Below, piece by piece: positions 37,710-46,212 of a stretch of DNA of 64,000 nt (within the stretch, counting starts at the first letter, position 1; each line of letters opens with the position of its first letter). Below the pieces are notes generated by a model. That model had not been told where the DNA came from. It ran no database searches and worked only from the letters and a program-made list of their open reading frames with translations. Source of the stretch: Terriglobales bacterium (GTDB taxonomy: Bacteria; Acidobacteriota; Terriglobia; Terriglobales; SCQP01). The stretch covers positions 2,157 through 66,156 of the forward strand of contig DATNAC010000087.1 in the NCBI GenBank assembly GCA_035573035.1. Reading direction: 5' to 3'. The position numbers and the translations under genes were made by a program.

Positions 37710-37943
37710 ATGGCATCGCGCGCGAACTCGCTTCCCGAATTGGAACGCCGGCTGCAGGAAAAACGGCGCGCCGTGGTTGTCAGTCTGGATGAGCTGCGCG
37801 GCCGGGTGCGGCACGACGTACATGAGTTGAGCCCGCGCCAGCAGGTCAAACACCACGCCGGCGCCGCGCTGGCGGCGGCCGCTCTGCTGGGCCTGCTCGC
37901 CGGCCGTGTGGCCGGTGGTCTCTTGCGGGCGCTGCTACGTTAG
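37710..37943 (+). CDS. Small tail-anchored protein, hypothetical
   Basis: 77 aa. Coiled-coil-like N-terminus (LPELERRLQEKRRAVVVSLDELRGRV) and a C-terminal TM (AALAAAALLGLLAGRVAGGLL). Confidence 0.5.
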   Translation: MASRANSLPELERRLQEKRRAVVVSLDELRGRVRHDVHELSPRQQVKHHAGAALAAAALLGLLAGRVAGGLLRALLR

Positions 37944-37946
37944 AGT

Positions 37947-38414
37947 GTGCACGCCTCGCCTCCGCTTTGCGCGCTGAAACTTGCCGATACGCGCGCCCTA
38001 TGGGAGCTCGATCAGCGCTGTTTTCCGCCGGGTATCGCCTATAGCCAGGCCGAGATCCGCTCCATGCTGCGCCAAGACGGGTTTCATCGCGGCATCGAGC
38101 GCGACGATGCTCCGGGTGAGTTTGCGGCGTTTGTGTTGAGCCAGCGGCACGGACATCGCGGACATATCATCACCCTGGACGTCGGCGCCGAATACCGCCG
38201 CCGCGGTCTGGGCGCGGCGCTGCTGGCGGCGGCCGAGCAGTACTTCCAGGCCCAGGGCACGATCGGCATGCGGCTCGAGGCCGCGGTCAACAACCGCCCC
38301 GCCTTGCAGTTCTACACCCGCTGCGGCTACCGCGTGGTGCGTCCGCTGCCGGGCTACTATGCCGAAGACCTCGACGGTCTACTGCTGCACAAAGACTGGA
38401 AGCCGGCGTCCTAA
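37947..38414 (+). CDS. GNAT-family N-acetyltransferase (RimI-like)
   Basis: Acetyl-CoA motif A YRRRGLGAALLAAAE within the typical GNAT fold length. GTG start. Confidence 0.8.
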   Translation: MHASPPLCALKLADTRALWELDQRCFPPGIAYSQAEIRSMLRQDGFHRGIERDDAPGEFAAFVLSQRHGHRGHIITLDVGAEYRRRGLGAALLAAAEQYFQAQGTIGMRLEAAVNNRPALQFYTRCGYRVVRPLPGYYAEDLDGLLLHKDWKPAS

Positions 38415-38415
38415 G

Positions 38416-40041
38416 CTATGAGGACGAGCCGTTGCCGGCCGCGCCCCAGCCGCCGCCGCCGGGGGACTCCAAGCGCAGTACGGCGCCGGCATCGACGAAG
38501 AGGTTGCACTTGCCCGGCAGTTCGCGCTCGCTCTCGCCCTGGGACGTGGTTTGGCGCAGCAAAGTGCGGCCCCGCGCGCCATTCTCGCCGCCGGCGAGAC
38601 CGTACGGGGCAAAACGCCGGCGTTCGCTTAATACGGTGACCTGCGAAGGCGCCAACAATTCAATCTCGCGGATCAGGCCGTCGCCGCCGCGGAACTGGCC
38701 GGCGCCCCCCGAGCCGCGGCGGTAGGCGTAGCGCCGCACCCGGAAGGGGTAGGCGTACTCCAGCGCTTCCACCGGCGTATTCAGGGTGTTGCTCATGTGG
38801 GTGTGCACGCCGGAGAGGCCGTGCGCGCCCGCGATCGCGCCCATGCCCCCGCCGCAGGTTTCGTAATAGGCATAAGGAAGGCCGGAACGGGGATCGAGGC
38901 CGCCGATGGTGAGGTTGTTCATGGTGCCGCTGCTGGCGGCGGGAATGCGGTCGGGCAGCGCCTGGGCGAAGGCGCGCAGCAGCACGTCCACAATGCGCTG
39001 CGAGCACTCCACATTGCCCCCGGCGACGGCGGCGGGCGCGCTGGCATTGACAACCGTTCCGGGCGGGATGATCATGCTGACCGGGCGCATCAGCCCCGCG
39101 GTGGGCGCGGCCTCCTCGGGCAGCAAACAGCGGAATACGTAAAAGGTGGCCGAGTAGGTGATGGCGAAGACGGCGTTGATGCTGCCGATGACCTGGGGAT
39201 CGCTGCCGGTGAAGTCCACGACGGCGCGGGCGCGCTTGGGGTCGAGACGAATCTCGACGCGGAGCTTGACCGGCGTCTCCGCCAACCCGTCGTCATCGAG
39301 GAAGTCCTCGGCGGCGAAGGCGCCGGCCGGCATTTGCCGCAGCTCGGCACGCATCAGGCGCTCGGAGTGATCGAGCATGGCCTGCATGTTGCGCTCGACG
39401 CGGGGCTGGCCATACTTGGCGACCATCTCCCGCAGGCGTTGGGCGCCGATGCGGCAGGCGCCGATCTGGGCGGTGAGGTCGCCCTCGCGTTCGCGCGGGG
39501 TGCGGACGTTGTTGAGGATTAGCGCCAGCAGGGCGCGGTCCATCTCCCCCCGGCGCACGATCTTGAGCGGCGGGATGCGGATGCCCTCCTGGTAAATCTC
39601 ACGGCACAGGCCCATGGAGCCGGGAAAGGTGCCGCCCACATCGGCATGGTGAGCGCGGTTGGCCACATAAAACGCCGGCTGGCCGGATTGCTTGCCGGGA
39701 AACACCGGCACCACCAAGGTGATATCGGGCAGGTGGGTGCCGCCGTCGTAGGGATCGTTGAGGATGGCGATGTCGCCGGGCTCGAGCGGCAGGGCCTTGA
39801 GCGCGGCCTGCACCGACATGGGCATCGAGCCCAGGTGCACCGGCATGTCGTCGCCCATGGCGATCACCTGGCCGCTGCCGTCGAAGAGCGCGCTGGAGTA
39901 GTCGCGCCGTTCCTTGATGTTGGGGGAGTAGGCGCTGCGGCGCAGGGTGGCGCCCATCTCCTCGGCGATGGCGTGGAAGGCGTTCTTGAAAATGGCGAGC
40001 TCGATGGGATCGGGCGCGGCGGCTGGGGTTCGGCTGGGCAT
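38416..40041 (-). CDS. hyuB: Hydantoinase B / oxoprolinase family protein
   Basis: DPIELAIFKNAFHAIAEEMGATLRRSAYSPNIKERRDYSSALFD is the canonical HyuB N-terminus. The ATG at 40041 overlaps the hyuA stop (ATGA). Confidence 0.9.
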   Translation of the reverse strand: MPSRTPAAAPDPIELAIFKNAFHAIAEEMGATLRRSAYSPNIKERRDYSSALFDGSGQVIAMGDDMPVHLGSMPMSVQAALKALPLEPGDIAILNDPYDGGTHLPDITLVVPVFPGKQSGQPAFYVANRAHHADVGGTFPGSMGLCREIYQEGIRIPPLKIVRRGEMDRALLALILNNVRTPREREGDLTAQIGACRIGAQRLREMVAKYGQPRVERNMQAMLDHSERLMRAELRQMPAGAFAAEDFLDDDGLAETPVKLRVEIRLDPKRARAVVDFTGSDPQVIGSINAVFAITYSATFYVFRCLLPEEAAPTAGLMRPVSMIIPPGTVVNASAPAAVAGGNVECSQRIVDVLLRAFAQALPDRIPAASSGTMNNLTIGGLDPRSGLPYAYYETCGGGMGAIAGAHGLSGVHTHMSNTLNTPVEALEYAYPFRVRRYAYRRGSGGAGQFRGGDGLIREIELLAPSQVTVLSERRRFAPYGLAGGENGARGRTLLRQTTSQGESERELPGKCNLFVDAGAVLRLESPGGGGWGAAGNGSSS

Positions 40042-42140
40042 CAGCGGCGCTCCAGGATGAGGTTGAGCCCGGCGTCCAGACGGGCGTGCCAACCGGGAGG
40101 GACTACGGTGGTGGCGCTGTACTCGGTGACGATGGCGGGACCGGCGAAGCGGTCGCCGGCGCGCAGCCGTTCGCGCCGGTAAAACGGGGTGGGCCGGGCG
40201 CGGCCGTCAAAAATCACCGGGCGGCGCCGCTCCAGCGCCTGGGCGCCGCTGCCCCGCCCCAGGCGTTCGCGGTTGAACTGCAACGGCTCCGAGGGGGCGA
40301 GCATGCGCACCCTGGCGTTGACGATCTCCAAGGCACGGCTGGGGTCGGCATAGCCGTAGCGCTGCCGGTGCAGCCGGTGGAAGCGTTCCAGGATGTCCGC
40401 GCCTCCGTTCCACTCCAAGTTGAGTTCGAACCCCTGGCCGGCGTAGCGCAGATCAAGCGAGCGCTGCGCCAGGGGACGCAGCCCCTCGGCCTTCATCTCC
40501 TGACGGCCACGGGTTTCGAGCGCGGCGAAGGGCGCCGCCAGGGCCCGGAATTGGGTGGCAATCTGGCGCGGCGTGCCGGGATCGAGGCGGAGCATGACGG
40601 TGCGGGAATAGTCCTTGACGATATCCGACATCAAAATGCCGAGCGCCGAGAGCGCGCCGGGAAGGCGGGGCACCAGCACCCGGGGGATCTCCAGGCCCTG
40701 GGCGAGGGCGCAGGCATGCAGCGGGCCGGCGCCGCCGAAGCTGACCAGCGTGAACTCGCGCGGATCAAAGCCGCGCTCGACCGAGATCATGCGCAGCGCC
40801 TTCTCCATGGTGGCTTCGGCCAAGCGGACGATCCCATCGGCGAAGAGCTCCACCGACTTGAGCTTGCCCTTGCCGGCCGCCAAGGCGCGCCGGGCGCGCT
40901 CCACATCAAGCCGCAGGCCGCCGCCCAAAAAGCCGGCGGGGTCGAGCCGTCCGAGCACCAGGTTGGCATCGGTGACCGTAGGTAGCTCGCCGCGCCCGTA
41001 ACAGGCGGGGCCGGGATCGGCGCCGGCCGAGGCGGGGCCGACGCGCAGCGCGCCGCCGCGATCGAAGCTGGCGAGCGAGCCGCCGCCCGCGCCCACGGTG
41101 TGAATGTCGAGCATGGGCACGCCCACCGGCAGGCCCATGACCTGGGACTCATTGGTGGTGCGCAGGCCGCTGGCGCCGCCCGGATCATTGGCTACCAGGG
41201 CCACATCGGTCGAGGTGCCGCCCATGTCGAAGCTGAGGATGCGGTCGAAGCCGGCGAGGGCGGCCACACGGAAGGCCCCAACCACCCCTCCTGCCGGGCC
41301 GGAGAGAATCGTGCGCACCGGCTCGCGCGCCGCCTGCGGCGCCGAAACAATGCCCCCCGAGGACTGCATCACATGCAAGCGGGCGCCGGGATAACGCTGG
41401 GTCAGTGTGTTCTGGAGCCGGTTGAGATAGCTGCCCATTTTGGGGGCGAGGTAAGCGTTGATCAGCACGGTAGCGCCGCGTTCGTACTCCCGGAATTCAG
41501 GCAGAATTTGATGGGAGGCCGAGACCGGCACTCCCAATTCCTCCAGCGCGCGCACCACCGCGCGCTCGTTGCGCGGGTTGGCGAAGGAGAACAAGAGCGA
41601 CACCGCCACCGCCTCCGGATTTTGGGCGCGCACCGCCTGGAACAGCGCGGCGAGCGAGGCCGCGGTCACCGGGCGCAAGATGCTGGCGTCGGGCAGCGTA
41701 CGCTCGTCAATGCCGAAGCGCAGAGCGGGCGGCGCCAGCGGCGGCGCCGGGGTGTTGCGCCAGCGGTAGAGATGCGGCCGCGCCTGACGGCCGATGGCGA
41801 TGGTGTCCTCAAATCCGGCGGTGGTGACATAGGCGACCCGGGCGCCGGTGCGCTCCAGCAGGGCGTTGGTGCCGACCGTGGTGCCGTGGCGGATTTCGGC
41901 CCCTCCTGCCGGGCCAATCTCTTCCAGCGCGGCCCGGATGGCACTGCCCGCGTCGTGCGGGGTGGAGAGCACCTTGAGCACCCGCGGCTCGCCGTTCTCT
42001 ATCCACACGCAGTCGGTGAAGGTTCCGCCGGTGTCCACCGCGATCCGCTCCGGGGCTGGACGCGCGGAGGCGTCGCGCTTCGAGGCGTGGCGTGCGGGCG
42101 GCCGAGATCGGGAGCGTTGCGGGGCAACGGCTGCGGTCAA
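40041..42140 (-). CDS. hyuA: Hydantoinase A / oxoprolinase family protein
   Basis: RIAVDTGGTFTDCV, SFDMGGTSTDVA and the other HyuA motifs. The TTG start in the track overlaps the GntR stop, so the true start is uncertain by about 30 codons. Confidence 0.9.
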   Translation of the reverse strand: MTAAVAPQRSRSRPPARHASKRDASARPAPERIAVDTGGTFTDCVWIENGEPRVLKVLSTPHDAGSAIRAALEEIGPAGGAEIRHGTTVGTNALLERTGARVAYVTTAGFEDTIAIGRQARPHLYRWRNTPAPPLAPPALRFGIDERTLPDASILRPVTAASLAALFQAVRAQNPEAVAVSLLFSFANPRNERAVVRALEELGVPVSASHQILPEFREYERGATVLINAYLAPKMGSYLNRLQNTLTQRYPGARLHVMQSSGGIVSAPQAAREPVRTILSGPAGGVVGAFRVAALAGFDRILSFDMGGTSTDVALVANDPGGASGLRTTNESQVMGLPVGVPMLDIHTVGAGGGSLASFDRGGALRVGPASAGADPGPACYGRGELPTVTDANLVLGRLDPAGFLGGGLRLDVERARRALAAGKGKLKSVELFADGIVRLAEATMEKALRMISVERGFDPREFTLVSFGGAGPLHACALAQGLEIPRVLVPRLPGALSALGILMSDIVKDYSRTVMLRLDPGTPRQIATQFRALAAPFAALETRGRQEMKAEGLRPLAQRSLDLRYAGQGFELNLEWNGGADILERFHRLHRQRYGYADPSRALEIVNARVRMLAPSEPLQFNRERLGRGSGAQALERRRPVIFDGRARPTPFYRRERLRAGDRFAGPAIVTEYSATTVVPPGWHARLDAGLNLILERR

Positions 42141-42958
42141 CGCGATTTCCTCCTGGAGGACTCCTTGCGCGCGGTGAGCGAGGGATCCACTGCAATGCTA
42201 GCGCGAGCGTCATGAAACTGGGCCGCGTCGCCGCGTTCGGGAATGCCGCCCGGAACCAGTCCCTCCGGCGGGAAACTCGCCATCAGCCCGGGGTCGGTGA
42301 TCAACTCGCCCAAGCGGGTCTCGGTCGAGGTCATGAACAGGCCGGCGGAGCGCCGGATCGTGTTGGTCACGTGATCGGCGGCGCGCTGCCGGGCTTCTTC
42401 CGGACGGCGTGCGCGGATGGCGCGCACGATCTCCTCGTGCTCGTTCACGAGTTGGGGGCCATAAGCGTCCATGGCGATGATCAGGTAAAAGAAGCGCATC
42501 AGCCGGGTCTGAACCGAGGTCACGATCTCCACCAGGTGCTGGTTGTGCGAGGCCTGGGCGATGCCCACATGCAGGTTGAAGTTGCGCTGCAAGAAGGTGA
42601 AGTAGCTGGAGCGGACGCCGACGCGGTAAGCGTACTCGGCCCAGCCCTCCATGGCTTTCAGCTGGTGCGGCTGGGCGCGGAGCGCGGCCAGGCCCGCGGC
42701 GGCCGGGTCGACGATGAGCTGGATCTCGTGCAGGTTGTGGAATTCGGCCAGCGTGAGCGGGGCCACGAAGTAGCCGCGGAAGGGGACGATGTTGATCAGC
42801 CCTTCACGCTCGAGGTGGCGGCAGGCTTCGCGCACCGGTGTACGGCTGCCTTTGTAGCGGCGGCAGATTTCGGATTCGGAAAAAGGCGCGCCCGGACGCA
42901 GCACACAGGTGGTGATGTCTTGCTTGAGGCTGCGGTAGAGGCGTTCGGAAGTGGTCAT
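42137..42958 (-). CDS. GntR-family transcriptional regulator (FadR/FCD subfamily)
   Basis: Start moved to the ATG at 42958. Winged HTH LYRSLKQDITTCVLRPGAPFSESEICRRYKGSRTPVREACRHLEREGLI plus a helical FCD-like C-domain. Confidence 0.87.
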   Translation of the reverse strand: MTTSERLYRSLKQDITTCVLRPGAPFSESEICRRYKGSRTPVREACRHLEREGLINIVPFRGYFVAPLTLAEFHNLHEIQLIVDPAAAGLAALRAQPHQLKAMEGWAEYAYRVGVRSSYFTFLQRNFNLHVGIAQASHNQHLVEIVTSVQTRLMRFFYLIIAMDAYGPQLVNEHEEIVRAIRARRPEEARQRAADHVTNTIRRSAGLFMTSTETRLGELITDPGLMASFPPEGLVPGGIPERGDAAQFHDARASIAVDPSLTARKESSRRKSR

Positions 42959-42993
42959 AGGCCCCCGGGTTCCGGGCCGCAAAATATGCAAAC

Positions 42994-43000
42994 GGTATAC
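42994..43000. promoter_or_regulatory. Possible GntR/FadR-type operator core
   Basis: GGTATAC (palindromic GTATAC core) lies 36 nt upstream of the gntR start in the divergent spacer. Fits the generic GT-Nx-AC rule only. Confidence 0.3.
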
Positions 43001-43119
43001 AAGCGGTAAGCCTACGGTGTTTGCGGGAGGCCTGTCAAGCACGGGGCGCCCTCTGACTGGTGGAAAATTCAGCCGCGCAGTGCCACTCTCCGCCATTAGG
43101 CCCAATCACTAAAAAAACT

Positions 43120-43148
43120 ATTGACTGAGACTGCGGCGTATTGTATAA
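43120..43148 (+). promoter_or_regulatory. Candidate sigma-70-type promoter for the receptor operon
   Basis: TTGACT, a 17-nt spacer, then TATAAA, in an AT-richer patch 54 nt before the ATG at 43202. Confidence 0.45.
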
Positions 43149-43201
43149 ACCCGTGAGCGCGGGAACCGCGCGGGGCGGCCCACGCCGCCGGGAGGGCTCT
43201 T

Positions 43202-46165
43202 ATGGGTGCATGTTGGATTCGCCGCGCCGGCAATGCCGCCGGCGCCGCCGGATTGGCCTTGGCGCTGGTGCTGTTCGCCGGCGCTCCGCTGCGAGCGCAA
43301 GATACCGCCCAGATTCAGGGCACGGTCACCGATACCAGCGGCGCCGCCCTGCCGGGGGTCACGGTGACCGCCACCAATGTGGCCACCGGGGCCAGCCGGG
43401 TGGTGGAAGCCGGCGCCGACGGCCGCTTCCTGCTTCCGGCGCTGCCGCTCGGCACCTACAAGATTCAGTACGTCAAAACCGGCTTCTCCACCACCGAGGT
43501 CAACGGCGTCTTGCTGCAAATTGGCACCGTGATTGATCGGCACGACCAGCTCAAGGTGGCGGCCCAGGCGGCCACGGTCGAGGTCTCCGGGACCGCTCCC
43601 GCCATCGATACCTCCAAGAGCAACGTGGCCGGAGTCATTACCGACAAGCAAATCGATCAGCTGCCGATTCAAAACCGGCAGTACCTCAACCTCTCGCTGC
43701 TGATGCCGGGCACCACCCAGGACGCCTCGCGCTCGTTCTACAGCAACGTCCAATTGGGGGGCGGGGACCACTACTACTCCAACGGCTTTACGGTGGACGG
43801 GGTCAACAACACTTGGGCCGAAATGGGCGAGCCGCGCGAGAACTTTCCCGAGGGGGCGGTGGCCGAGTTCAAGGTCTACAGCTCGCAGTTCAAGGCGGAT
43901 GAGGGCGGCATGGCGTCCGGCGGCGCGGTCTCGGTGGTTACCAAGAGCGGCACCAACCAGTTCCACGGCGACGCCTTCGAGTACTGGCGCAACCAGGACC
44001 TGAACCGCGACAACAGCTTCCAGAAGTCCGCCGAGGTGTCGCAACACACCGGCAAGGCGCCGCTCGACCGCAACCAGTTCGGCGGCTCGCTGGGCGGGCC
44101 CATCCTGAAAAACAAGCTGCACTTCTTTGGCGCCTGGGAGTCCACCCTGACCCAGGGTTCGTATACGGTCTTTAGCAACAGCCCGATTTTTGCCGCCTAC
44201 GACGGGGTCTACAAGCAGCCCAGCCACGACGATCTGCTGACCGTGCGCGGCGACTACCAGATCAACAACGACCAAAGCCTATTCGTGCGTTTCGGCGACG
44301 AATGGAACCTGCTCACCTGCCAGGGCTGCGGCGGCGCCAACTCCCCCAACGGCGGCTATGACGGTCTGCTGCCGCGCCACTCGCTGGTGGTGGGCCACAC
44401 CTGGGCGTTGGGCTCGACCATGGTCAACGACGCCCGCTTCCAGTACGCCAAGGCCAGTTACCTGCTGGCGCCTAGCCAGTGTCCGCAGGCCTGCGGACAG
44501 AACATCTGGACGCAGATCGGACAGTATCCGGCCTCACGGTTTGCGCCGTACGTGACCACGCTCAGCTTCCCGGACTTTTCCATTGGGAGCGACTACGGGG
44601 ACGACGGCATCGAGAGCCACTGGGAGGTGTCCGACAGCTTCAGCATCTTCCACGGCGCGCACAACCTGAAGTTTGGCTTTGACGACAGCTATATTCCATT
44701 TGCCGACGATGCGCCGGTGGGGATTAAAGGTGCGTTCAGCTTTACCGCCGATCCGACCACCGCGATCAATCCCGCCGACCCGGTGGGCCAGGGCACGCTG
44801 TCGGCCGCGAACTTGTACACCGCGTCGTATGGGCCGACCTCGTTTTCTCAAACCGTCCCGCCGGTGTTGACTTCGGTGCCGACCGCGGAGACCAGCTACT
44901 ACGTCACCGACGACTACAACGGCATCCACAACCTGACCTTAAGCGCCGGGCTGCGCTACGACCGGGAGTTTGGATCCTTCGATGAGCATATCAACCCGGC
45001 CGCCTTCGCTCAGCCGGTGCCCTTCCTGGGCGATCCCAGCCAACGCGGCGACAAGAACAACTTCGGGCCGCGCCTGGGATTGTCGTGGAACATTCACGGC
45101 GACGGCAAGGATATCGTGCGAGCCGGCTACGGCATTTACTACAACAACCTCCAGACCCTGCAGAACTTTTCCGAAGACCGCAATTTTGCCCAGAGTGTGG
45201 TGAGCATCACCTGTTCCAAACCGGGCCAGGCGGGCTGCCCGTCCTATCCCAGCGCCTTCGCCAACGGCCAGACCGCGGCCACGGTGCTGCCCACGGTGAC
45301 GGTGCTGGCGCCCAACTATCAGAACCCGTATTCGCAGCAGTACAACCTGGGCTACTCGCGCGAGATCAGTCCCAACTTCTCCATTCACGCCGACGGCGTG
45401 TATGAGTTGACGCTGCGCGATTACAAGGTGCTGGATCTCAACTACCCGACCAGCGGCACTACCCGGCCGCTGCCGCAGTACGCGCGCATTCTCCAGCACG
45501 ACCCCATTTCGCATTCCCAGTACAAGGCGCTGTATGTACGCGCCGACAAGCGCTTTGCCCGCCGCTACCAGTTCCTGGTGTCCTACTCCCTCACGAGCTG
45601 CTACGATGACAACCCGCAGGGTACGATCACCAACCTCGCCAATTGGGGCCAGGATTGGGGACCCTGCTCGATCGACCGGCGCAATGCGCTGGTGGCCAGC
45701 AGTTCCTACCAGGCACCGTGGGGCATTACCTTGGGGGCGGTCTACAACATCCGTTCCTCGGAACCCTTCAGCGAGACCTCAACCACCCGCAACGTCGACG
45801 GTTCCAGCCAGTATGTGACCGGCACCAGCCGCAATCAGGGCCGCCGCGACTTGGACTACACCCAGATCAACGCGTACCGCACCACGCTGACCTACAAGGA
45901 CAACCAGGGGGTCACCCATTTTTTCCCCACGGTCGACCCATCCATGCTCGCCAGCGGGCGCTACAACGAACTCGACATCCGCGCCGCGCGGGGCTTCAAC
46001 CTGGGCGAAAGCCGCCACCTCGATGTGATTGCCCAGGTGTTCAACGTCATGGGCACCTACAACTACACCGGCATCACCACCAGTCTCAGCTCGCTCAGTT
46101 GGGGACAGCCCACCGGGGCGGGACCCTTGCAGCAGGCGGAGTTGGCGTTACACTTCACTTTCTAG
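43202..46165 (+). CDS. TonB-dependent outer-membrane receptor with carboxypeptidase-regulatory-like domain (Oar-like)
   Basis: 987 aa. Signal peptide, then IQGTVTDTSGAALPGVTVTATNVATG...DGRFLLPALPLGTYKIQYVKTGF, and a long barrel ending in LALHFTF. Confidence 0.9.
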   Translation: MGACWIRRAGNAAGAAGLALALVLFAGAPLRAQDTAQIQGTVTDTSGAALPGVTVTATNVATGASRVVEAGADGRFLLPALPLGTYKIQYVKTGFSTTEVNGVLLQIGTVIDRHDQLKVAAQAATVEVSGTAPAIDTSKSNVAGVITDKQIDQLPIQNRQYLNLSLLMPGTTQDASRSFYSNVQLGGGDHYYSNGFTVDGVNNTWAEMGEPRENFPEGAVAEFKVYSSQFKADEGGMASGGAVSVVTKSGTNQFHGDAFEYWRNQDLNRDNSFQKSAEVSQHTGKAPLDRNQFGGSLGGPILKNKLHFFGAWESTLTQGSYTVFSNSPIFAAYDGVYKQPSHDDLLTVRGDYQINNDQSLFVRFGDEWNLLTCQGCGGANSPNGGYDGLLPRHSLVVGHTWALGSTMVNDARFQYAKASYLLAPSQCPQACGQNIWTQIGQYPASRFAPYVTTLSFPDFSIGSDYGDDGIESHWEVSDSFSIFHGAHNLKFGFDDSYIPFADDAPVGIKGAFSFTADPTTAINPADPVGQGTLSAANLYTASYGPTSFSQTVPPVLTSVPTAETSYYVTDDYNGIHNLTLSAGLRYDREFGSFDEHINPAAFAQPVPFLGDPSQRGDKNNFGPRLGLSWNIHGDGKDIVRAGYGIYYNNLQTLQNFSEDRNFAQSVVSITCSKPGQAGCPSYPSAFANGQTAATVLPTVTVLAPNYQNPYSQQYNLGYSREISPNFSIHADGVYELTLRDYKVLDLNYPTSGTTRPLPQYARILQHDPISHSQYKALYVRADKRFARRYQFLVSYSLTSCYDDNPQGTITNLANWGQDWGPCSIDRRNALVASSSYQAPWGITLGAVYNIRSSEPFSETSTTRNVDGSSQYVTGTSRNQGRRDLDYTQINAYRTTLTYKDNQGVTHFFPTVDPSMLASGRYNELDIRAARGFNLGESRHLDVIAQVFNVMGTYNYTGITTSLSSLSWGQPTGAGPLQQAELALHFTF

Positions 46166-46212
46166 TGTGACCGGCGGCGGGCGACCGCGGTAGCAGCCGG
46201 AGAGGAAATGTC

